This document shows positions 28,210 to 35,480 of a stretch of 64,000 nt of DNA, one piece after another. Origin of the DNA: Planctomycetota bacterium (GTDB taxonomy: Bacteria > Planctomycetota > Phycisphaerae > UBA1845); the NCBI GenBank assembly GCA_016200265.1, contig JACQFE010000006.1, positions 4,112 to 68,111 of the forward strand. The letters run 5' to 3'. The position numbers and the translations under genes are program-made. Position 1 is the first letter of the stretch. Every line of letters begins with the position of its first letter. Below the pieces are notes generated by a model. It was not told the DNA's origin and made no database searches. It saw only the letters and a list, made by a program, of their open reading frames with translations.

Positions 28210-29382
28210 ATGCGACTTCCTCTTTATTACAACTGGCACTGCTTGTGGCGGCAGAAGCTGAACAACCTTCTGACCTTTGTCGTCGTTGCAACAGTCGTGT
28301 TTGTACTTTCCGTGTTGCTCTCTTTCGCCGCGGGCATCCGCGCGTCGTTGGCGGCCACCGGTCTGTCACGAAATGTTCTCGTTCTGAAGCCTGGCGCGAC
28401 GGCGGAAAGCACCAGCCTGATTCTGCTGGATGAGGCCGTCCGTCTGGTCCAATGCCCGGGCATTGCCCGCGACGCGACCGGATCGCCGATGATCAGCCTG
28501 GAACTGTGCGTTCAAACAACGATTCCGCGTCGCGCCGGGGACAAATCGTCGGCCAACGTGGCGATCCGCGGCGTTGATGAGATTGGGCTTGCGGTTCACA
28601 GCGAAGTCCATCTGATTGACGGAAGAATGTTCAAGCCCGGTGCACTGGAAATCATTACCGGGAAAGCCGCGTGCGAACGCTATGCGGACCTGAAGATCGG
28701 CAGCGAGACTCTCCTGGGGCGATCCGGAAACCGTGAATTCAGAGTGGTTGGAATCTTCGAGGCCGGCGGTGGCGCGCTGGAAAACGAACTCTGGGTTCCC
28801 CGGACCATCCTGGAGGATGTATACGGCCGACGGTTTGTGTCGAGCGCTGTGCTGCAACTCCAGCAGCCGAATCTCGCCGACGAGGCAATCCGCTACATCA
28901 AGAGTCCTGCCGTGCAACTTGAGGCCAAGCGCGAGCCGGACTACTACGCGGATTTGTCCACCCGAGTGCAGGAAATGGTTCTCCTCGCATCCATTTTAGT
29001 TGGGGTCATGGCATTTGGTGCGGTGTTTGCGGTGGCCAACACGATGTATGCCGCCGTCGACAGCCGCCAGCGCGAAATCGCCATGTTGCGGACCATCGGC
29101 TTCGAACGATCCGCGATCGTCCTTTCGTTTCTGATCGAATCATTCCTCCTTTGCGCCGTCGCTTGTGCGACGGGACTTGTCGCCAGCATGTTCGTGAACC
29201 GCCCGCGACAGGACTTTCTATCCGATGTCACATGGACGGCGCTTGCGTACCAGTCAAAGTTCACGCTCCAAACGCTCTTCAGCGCGCTCGGCCTTTCTTT
29301 GTTTGTGGGTGTGGTCGGCGGCGCGGCGCCGGCAATTCGAGCCGCAAGAACCAAAATCATCGAAGCATTGCGAAAGGCGTAG
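28210..29382 (+). CDS. MacB/FtsX-family ABC transporter permease
   Basis: NTMYAAVDSRQREIAMLRTIGF and PAIRAARTKIIEALRK. Confidence 0.88.
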   Translation: MRLPLYYNWHCLWRQKLNNLLTFVVVATVVFVLSVLLSFAAGIRASLAATGLSRNVLVLKPGATAESTSLILLDEAVRLVQCPGIARDATGSPMISLELCVQTTIPRRAGDKSSANVAIRGVDEIGLAVHSEVHLIDGRMFKPGALEIITGKAACERYADLKIGSETLLGRSGNREFRVVGIFEAGGGALENELWVPRTILEDVYGRRFVSSAVLQLQQPNLADEAIRYIKSPAVQLEAKREPDYYADLSTRVQEMVLLASILVGVMAFGAVFAVANTMYAAVDSRQREIAMLRTIGFERSAIVLSFLIESFLLCAVACATGLVASMFVNRPRQDFLSDVTWTALAYQSKFTLQTLFSALGLSLFVGVVGGAAPAIRAARTKIIEALRKA

Positions 29383-29543
29383 CTTGGATCGCTTCTCTCG
29401 CTCTCCGACCCGGCGCGATCATCGAAAGCAGCCTGCATTCAATTGAGTCCCTCGATCCCTTCCATTCGACGGGCGTTTCCATTTCAAGAGAGGGACTTAG
29501 TGCCCAACAATGGCACTACAACTCAGGCTCAGGACCACATGGC

Positions 29544-30881
29544 CTATGACTTGCGAGCGGCGGGCGGCCGCAGCACCGAAAATCCCACTTTCGCGGCGAT
29601 CAGCAGAACCAGAGCCATAACCACGAGCCCCCACGATCCGCTCGCGGGAATAATCCGGCAGGTCGGCGTGCAGGCAAGGATGGGGGGAGCAAAGTCACCC
29701 GGGCAATCAATTCCGTTGAATGCAAACACGCGCCGCCCATGATCGTCCACCAGCGCCGTCGTTCGTGGATTCACGGCGCTAAACAGGCAAATCGACTCGT
29801 TCGACTGCGCTAGCACACGTAACTGGATGCACGCCATTGTCGCCGGACCCTGAGTCCCCGTCCCTCCAAAGGGAATGCTCGTCGCATAAAAAATGGTCCC
29901 CGCGGAAGGATCAACCGACTCAAACACTTCAACCGAAAATGGCGAACCGAAATTGCAACTGGCGCCCGGCGATATGTCAACGAATCCGTATACGGCCGGA
30001 TCATATTCAATCGAAAACTGTCCCCCGGTAATGACCAGGTCACCGGCCCCAAGGTGAATCGCAAGAGTAACAATATCGCCCGGATGCGGGCGCTTGCAGT
30101 CAGAGTCCGAACTGATGCACAAACTCGGATTCCGACATCCCGTACCAGTGCAACGTCCCTCCTGGCAAACGTCATTGGAGGTGCATGATAAACCGTCGTC
30201 GCAAGGAAGGCCCTCATTCGAAAACATGAGATCGCAATGCCCGGTCGTCGGATTGCATACGCCGGCAATGCACGGTTCATTCAACCCGGCGCAGTCGTCC
30301 GTACCGATCGTGCAAGTGCATGAATCACTTACTGACGCGGTCGTGCAGGAAAACTTCGGTGCCGCCGCACCTGGACAAGTTCCGCTATTGTCGATCTGCA
30401 CTGCGCTACCTGCGTCATTGACCAAAGTCGCCTTAAACGGCGAGCCTTGATCGAACAAGCAGACTTCACTTGATCCATTGTGGATCGCACGAAACGTGAC
30501 GCATGCCAGCGCAGCCGGACCGCGAGTTCCACCCATCGAACCATACTCCACGGGATTCACACCTACGGCATAGAACACAGTTCCCTGCGCCGTGGATTCA
30601 TTACTGAACAACTCCAACGAAAATGGTGATTGGAGATCACAGTTCCGTCCGGGCGAGATGCTCACCAAAGCCAACGCCGTGTTGTCGTATTCGAGCGAGA
30701 ATTGCGCGCCGAGGATCACATCGTCCCCGCCGCTCAGGTTGACCCGAACCGTGGTCGGCGCGAAACAGCCGGTGCCGGCCTCAACACATACGCTTGATGA
30801 AGCCATGGCGAAGTGCGGCCACACAAGCGTCGAGAGTCCGATGAAATGTAGTAACAATCCCCTCCCAATTCGCACACGCAC
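29544..30881 (-). CDS. Surface protein with two cohesin-like domains, a Cys-rich linker and an IPTL-CTERM-like sorting signal
   Basis: Signal peptide; duplicated GxQFSxEYD...ISPG..C...SPFS.E.F...GT.FYA...GPA..AC domains; CDDGLSCTSNDVC repeat; C-terminal IPASGSWGL, TM helix and basic tail. Confidence 0.7.
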   Translation of the reverse strand: MRVRIGRGLLLHFIGLSTLVWPHFAMASSSVCVEAGTGCFAPTTVRVNLSGGDDVILGAQFSLEYDNTALALVSISPGRNCDLQSPFSLELFSNESTAQGTVFYAVGVNPVEYGSMGGTRGPAALACVTFRAIHNGSSEVCLFDQGSPFKATLVNDAGSAVQIDNSGTCPGAAAPKFSCTTASVSDSCTCTIGTDDCAGLNEPCIAGVCNPTTGHCDLMFSNEGLPCDDGLSCTSNDVCQEGRCTGTGCRNPSLCISSDSDCKRPHPGDIVTLAIHLGAGDLVITGGQFSIEYDPAVYGFVDISPGASCNFGSPFSVEVFESVDPSAGTIFYATSIPFGGTGTQGPATMACIQLRVLAQSNESICLFSAVNPRTTALVDDHGRRVFAFNGIDCPGDFAPPILACTPTCRIIPASGSWGLVVMALVLLIAAKVGFSVLRPPAARKS

Positions 30882-31120
30882 CCCCTTCGACGAAAACGAC
30901 TTTGCAGCAATTATACCTGATTGGGCCCCACTTATTTCACCGAAGTGCGCAATTTGGCAGAATTAACGGGTTACCGGTTCCATTTGAAAGGCTCCTTAAA
31001 TGTACTCCAATTCGATGGGAACTTGCATTTTATTTCGGACTAAATAGCAAATGACTCTCGAACTCCCCGCTCGAATCCCCGATTCCACAAAAAATGCACA
31101 ATTTCCGGCCGACGGCGGAC

Positions 31121-31148
31121 TTGACATCATTTTAGTTACTACTAAACT
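31121..31148 (+). promoter_or_regulatory. Promoter with overlapping inverted-repeat operator for the ArsR gene
   Basis: TTGACA-N16-TAAACT; inverted repeat TTTAGT-tact-ACTAAA at 31131-31146. Confidence 0.65.
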
Positions 31149-31155
31149 ATATTTG

Positions 31156-31506
31156 ATGGCTTCGACCCTTGAACTCATCGCCGGGCCCAGACGCCAGCGG
31201 CTCTTGCAATTAATGTGGGATCGCGAGCGGACGGCCGGGGATTTGGCCGCGCAATTCGATGTGACCTTCGGAGCGATTTCGCAACACCTGCGCCTGCTGA
31301 GTGACGCGAATCTTGTGGAGGTCCGTCGAGTCGGCAGAAGCCGGATCTATCGTGCAAAGAAGGAATCGTTCGGACCACTGGCCGCCGCACTTCAAGTCAT
31401 GTGGTCCGATCAACTGGCGAAATTGAAACAACTTGCAGAAAGTGAAATTGCGGCAACGACAGGGCATCATGTGGATGATCTTGATTCGGATAAGGAGAAG
31501 AAATGA
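31156..31506 (+). CDS. ArsR/SmtB-family transcriptional regulator
   Basis: PRRQRLLQL...TAGDLA...AISQHLRLLSDANLVEVRRVGRSRIY wHTH. ATG 31156 preferred over 31051. Confidence 0.88.
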   Translation: MASTLELIAGPRRQRLLQLMWDRERTAGDLAAQFDVTFGAISQHLRLLSDANLVEVRRVGRSRIYRAKKESFGPLAAALQVMWSDQLAKLKQLAESEIAATTGHHVDDLDSDKEKK

Positions 31507-32270
31507 CCCGAGCGCAACAAGATACTGACACGATCGAATTGAAAATCGAAATCGCCGCCCCGCCGGAAATTGTTTTCAAATACTTTTCCGACCCACAGCG
31601 ATATCGCGCCTGGATGGGAGACGCATCAACCATTGATCCCAAAAGAGGTGGAACACTGACCGTGGCGTTCGGCGGCGGACCGACCGCGAAGGGTGAAATT
31701 CTCGAATGGATTTCGAACGAGTACATCGTTTTCAGTTGGGGCCACGGCGGCGCCGACGCATCGCAAGTCGCAATAACGCTCGAACGCCATGAGCGCGGAA
31801 CGCTTGTCGTCCTTCGACACTCCGGCATTCGATCGGAAGCGGAACGTCAAGGCACCGCTGGCGGCTGGAGATATTATCTCTCGCAACTCTCTTCAGTAAC
31901 CTGGTCAGAGAAGCTCAAAGGTCGCCTCGACAATCTCGTTGACACTTACATGCAGGCATGGAATGAAGATGACGACGCACGACGAACGAAACTTCTTAGC
32001 GAGTGCGTGGCCGACGCCGCATGGCTTTCGGACAAGTACATCCGCGTTTGCGGCAGCGGAATGATCAACGCCCACATTTCCACCGTGCGTCCCATGATGC
32101 AAGGCGTTCGACTGGAGCGAAATGGACCGATCCAGCAATGCCACGGCTTCGCTCAATTCGGATGGAAGGCCGTCATGCCGGACGGAAAGACTTTTGCCAC
32201 GGGCATCGACTTTTGCGAATTCGACGAGGACGGACGGATTCGGAATCTCGTCGGCTTCTGGCGAGAATGA
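31503..32270 (+). CDS. SRPBCC/AHSA1 domain + SnoaL-like domain protein
   Basis: IAAPPEIVF...W...GTLVVLRHSG...GW (AHSA1); YMQAWNE...GIDFCEFDEDGRI (NTF2/SnoaL-like). ATGA overlap with the ArsR gene. Confidence 0.8.
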   Translation: MTRAQQDTDTIELKIEIAAPPEIVFKYFSDPQRYRAWMGDASTIDPKRGGTLTVAFGGGPTAKGEILEWISNEYIVFSWGHGGADASQVAITLERHERGTLVVLRHSGIRSEAERQGTAGGWRYYLSQLSSVTWSEKLKGRLDNLVDTYMQAWNEDDDARRTKLLSECVADAAWLSDKYIRVCGSGMINAHISTVRPMMQGVRLERNGPIQQCHGFAQFGWKAVMPDGKTFATGIDFCEFDEDGRIRNLVGFWRE

Positions 32271-32451
32271 GTGATGAAAAGAGCAGCTTGATAGCAACTT
32301 TGCCGTTGCGAATCTTGACAAATTGGAGTATTTGACCGAGTTTTTCGCGTTCGCCGGGTGCTTGTCGAAGTGAATTGGATCGGTATCATTTCCATTTCGC
32401 ACCCGGTTGGGCCTGGTGCGGATGGATTGGAAAAATTCGATTTTTGGAGCG

Positions 32452-33255
32452 ATGAAAATGAAACTGCGTGGAGCGTTGATTGCATTGGCGTTTGGATTTT
32501 CCGGCATATTGGCCGTATCGGCATCAGCACAAGAGAAGAAACCGGACAAGCCGGCAGATAAGCCTCCGGCAGCGAAACCGGCCGACAAGCCGGCGGATAA
32601 ACCTGCTGACAAGCCAGCCGCGGCCCCAGCCGCCGCAGCGAAACCGGCCGACAAACCCGCTGACAAGCCGGCGGATAAACCGGCTGCCGCCCCAGCGGCG
32701 AAACCTGCCGACAAGCCCGCCGACAAGGGCGCTGCGGCTCCGCAAATGAGTGCGGACGACATGAAGAAGATGGCCGAAATGTCCGGCCCCGGCAAAGAAC
32801 ACGAAGCTCTAAAGCCGCTTGAAGGCACGTTCACTTGTGCGGTGAAAATGATGATGATGCCCGGCCAGCCGCCGCAGGAGTCGACCGGCATGATCACTCG
32901 CAAATGGATCTTGGGCGGACGGTACCTGCAAGAGGAATACAAGGGTGAGTTCATGCCGAAGATGCCGTTCGAAGGCATGGGCATCACGGGCTATGACAAG
33001 CTGCAAAAGAAGTACCACGCATATTGGATCGATACGATGGGAACCGGCACGTTCACCCAAACCGGAACCGCCGACGCCAGTGGCAAGAAGTTCACCTTCA
33101 CCGGCGACAACTTCGATCCCATGGAAATGAAGATGAAGAAGACGAAGTCCGACATGGAAATCGTCGATGCCAACAAGCAAGTCATGAAGATGTACGACAC
33201 CGGCCCGGACGGCAAGGAATTCGTCAACTTCGAAATGACCTGCACGAAAAAGTAG
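32452..33255 (+). CDS. Secreted DUF1579-family protein with N-terminal (KPAD)n low-complexity tract
   Basis: Signal peptide ending SASA-Q; PGKEHEALKPLEG, WILGGRYL, FEGMGITGYD and WIDTMGTG. Confidence 0.8.
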   Translation: MKMKLRGALIALAFGFSGILAVSASAQEKKPDKPADKPPAAKPADKPADKPADKPAAAPAAAAKPADKPADKPADKPAAAPAAKPADKPADKGAAAPQMSADDMKKMAEMSGPGKEHEALKPLEGTFTCAVKMMMMPGQPPQESTGMITRKWILGGRYLQEEYKGEFMPKMPFEGMGITGYDKLQKKYHAYWIDTMGTGTFTQTGTADASGKKFTFTGDNFDPMEMKMKKTKSDMEIVDANKQVMKMYDTGPDGKEFVNFEMTCTKK

Positions 33256-33282
33256 TGGTTGCGTTTCTCGAGTGCGTATCCT

Positions 33283-33426
33283 CATCTTGAGGTCGAAGGA
33301 GACTCTCGACATTTTGAGGTCATAGGAGGCTCTCGACTTTTTGAGGTCGAAGGAGGCTCTTGATATTTTGAGGTCATAGGAGTTTCCCGTAATTCTGAGG
33401 TCGCACAAGGTTTCCGTCATTCTGAG
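33283..33426. repeat. 27-bp tandem array of five units plus a partial sixth
   Basis: TGAG(G/C) recurs at 33288, 33315, 33342, 33369, 33396 and 33423. Confidence 0.85.
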
Positions 33427-33487
33427 CCTTGCTTTAGCAGGGCGAAGAATCTCGATTTTGAGATGCCTCGCTTCACTCAGCATGACA
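33416..33487. repeat. REP-like palindrome (GTCATTCTGAG...GCGAAGAATCTC...GAGATGCCTCG...CTCAGCATGAC)
   Basis: Terminal inverted arms GTCATTCTGAG and CTCAGCATGAC; half copy at 42290-42317. Confidence 0.7.
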
Positions 33488-33617
33488 GCCGCGACTCGAT
33501 GTCGGCTTTTTTCCGAGCCGCGACCGTGAGGGCGGTCCATTCCTGGTTTTCAATGAGCGGCCCGGCGTTCCACAGGGAATCGTCGGGCCGCTTCTCATTT
33601 TGCGATCCGGCAAAGTC

Positions 33618-34691
33618 ATGAAACCGTCCGAATCAGACGAATCGCGCATCGCCGTGTTATCTCACCAAGAACTACTCGTTTGTCCCAAGTGCGATTACGA
33701 CTTGCGCGGGCTCCCGTCCACACGTTGTCCTGAATGTGGGTCGGAATTCGATCGAGCGGAGCTTCGGGATGTAGGACTCGCTCGGGAGTCTGGGTTTTTT
33801 GAGTACTGCTGGCGAAAAACACCGCTCAGATCATTCGTGGGCACATGGACACAAGCCATTCGCCCGAAGGCGTTCTGGAACTGGGTAACACCTACCTGGC
33901 CCTCAAAGCGAAATGCGATCTTGCTTTATGGCGGAATACTCATTGTTGGGACGGTAATTGGTTCATCCATTATGCAATGTTTCTTGCTCTATTGCATGAC
34001 ATATTGGTATCACGGGCGATTCACTCCGCTACTTTCATACCTTCAGCTTCTAATGCCGTATTACCTTATTACGAGCGTAGTGAAACTCATGCCTTGCTTC
34101 GTTGCTGCGGGCATTATTCTTCAACTTTCACAAAGCATTCACCGATCCGGGCTGGGGCGCACCAAGTTCCTGAGATTGGGCGTATATCCTGCGTCCTTCC
34201 TGCCGCTACTTCCTTTGGCAATTCCAGTCCGCATTTTTTCAACGCTGTTCGTTCATGCCAGTCGTCCTCATCCTGAGTGGCGCACCGTTTTTTGGTGGGT
34301 GCTTCCGAATGGAACATGGTCACAGCGCGTGTACGGGCGCATGTTTCCAGTCGATTGGTTTGAGGGACGCTTCGAGTGGTCGAATCCACTTCGAATTACA
34401 ACGCTCTTGGCGGTCGTCGCGCTGATTCTTCCGCTCATTATTCCGCGCGGCTCTGTTGGCAGATTGGTACAAACAATCGGGCTGGTTGTAATAGCGGTTC
34501 TATGGCCCGTCAGTACTCTATACGGGGGCTGGCTCTACTCGCTCTCTTTGGGCGCCACTGCCTACTTTCGAGAGGGAAGGCGCTGGACAATGGGTCTTGC
34601 CAGTGGGTGCATCGGGCTACTATGCCTGTTCGCCATCGATACGCTTTGCGGAGGCTGGACGCTTTATGAAATGATGCGCGTGCTCGGTTGA
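33618..34691 (+). CDS. Membrane protein with N-terminal zinc ribbon
   Basis: CPKCDYDLRGLPSTRCPECG followed by several hydrophobic segments. Confidence 0.75.
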   Translation: MKPSESDESRIAVLSHQELLVCPKCDYDLRGLPSTRCPECGSEFDRAELRDVGLARESGFFEYCWRKTPLRSFVGTWTQAIRPKAFWNWVTPTWPSKRNAILLYGGILIVGTVIGSSIMQCFLLYCMTYWYHGRFTPLLSYLQLLMPYYLITSVVKLMPCFVAAGIILQLSQSIHRSGLGRTKFLRLGVYPASFLPLLPLAIPVRIFSTLFVHASRPHPEWRTVFWWVLPNGTWSQRVYGRMFPVDWFEGRFEWSNPLRITTLLAVVALILPLIIPRGSVGRLVQTIGLVVIAVLWPVSTLYGGWLYSLSLGATAYFREGRRWTMGLASGCIGLLCLFAIDTLCGGWTLYEMMRVLG

Positions 34692-34762
34692 ACCGCTTCT
34701 ACCGTTTGGCCGATTGGCTAATACCAATTCCAGAAATTAATGGCGCGGTTCGGTTTCAGTGA

Positions 34763-34822
34763 GTGCCACTGGTAGCTTGCCTGCCAGTACTGGTACGGGC
34801 GGACAAGCCGCCCATGGCACCC
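34763..34822. repeat. REP-like inverted pair
   Basis: GTGCCACTGGTAGCTTGCCTGCCAGTAC faces an arm whose reverse complement is GTGCCATGGGCGGCTTGTCCGCCCGTAC. Confidence 0.65.
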
Positions 34823-34838
34823 CGGAGGTAGCGCCAAT

Positions 34839-34878
34839 AATTATTGGGATTCGTATAAAATTATTGGGATTCGTATAA
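34839..34878. repeat. Exact 20-bp tandem duplication
   Basis: AATTATTGGGATTCGTATAA twice, overlapping the palindrome CCAATAATTATTGG. Confidence 0.85.
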
Positions 34879-35180
34879 CTTGTGCCGTTTGCAAACTGGG
34901 GACTCAATACCTCCTGCATGTCGTCTGATCTACCTACTCACCATCTCCCCCCGCTCGACATTCGCCAAAAACTCATGAATCACCTCTGACGTTCTTCCTT
35001 CATGCGAACTATGATCTCCGTTTCACCAATCTCCGCCCCATCTGCAAAACCTGCGAACCAAGTTACATCGACGCCCGCTACACGATCGTCGATCATCGTT
35101 TCCGCATTCCTCATTCACAATTCCGCATTCATTTCCGCCATTCGCTCTTGTCTTTTTCAGTCTTCTCACTTCAAACTTCC

Positions 35181-35258
35181 GTCTTTGTCGAAGTGCCACA
35201 CTATGACATTAGTGAAAAAAGTACTTGCCAAACGAACCCATCTGACAGTGTCACTGAA
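35181..35258 (+). repeat. Conserved ~80-bp intergenic element, copy 1
   Basis: TGCCACACTATGACATTAGTGAAAAAAGTACTTGCCAAACGAACCCATCTGACAGTGTCACTGAA aligns without gaps to the reverse complement of 42582-42646. Confidence 0.8.
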
Positions 35259-35357
35259 TACGCGTGCACACAGGCGCTCGATGAATATCGCCGCTCCAGC
35301 GAGCGCCACGGAAGTTATAGATACCGGAGTACGGCACACAATGCACCAATCTAATTC

Positions 35358-35373
35358 CGTTTCACGTGAAACA
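35358..35373. promoter_or_regulatory. parS centromere-like site
   Basis: CGTTTCACGTGAAACA, 15/16 match to the parS consensus TGTTTCACGTGAAACA. Confidence 0.8.
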
Positions 35374-35480
35374 AGGTTTGCATGGCCAGTCCCAATCGGC
35401 AATTGGAAATCGGCAATTTGCAATTCATGCTGCCGGCGGCCCAGGTTGCGCCATTTGCAACCTGGGGACGCGATTCCCTT

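Noticed and set aside
31905-32987. 360-aa minus-strand ORF with AGLS repeats
   Set aside because: It is the antisense reading of the KPAD repeat gene.
33283-33426. Possible CRISPR array
   Set aside because: The units are contiguous 27-mers without unique spacers, and there are no cas genes in the window.
35002-35480. Shared peptide KCHTMTLVKK...KRTHL.VSL in ORFs 35002 (+) and 41954-42754 (-) as a protein family
   Set aside because: The similarity is confined to the DNA element and parS, and both ORFs run antisense into real genes. A small peptide cannot be fully excluded.
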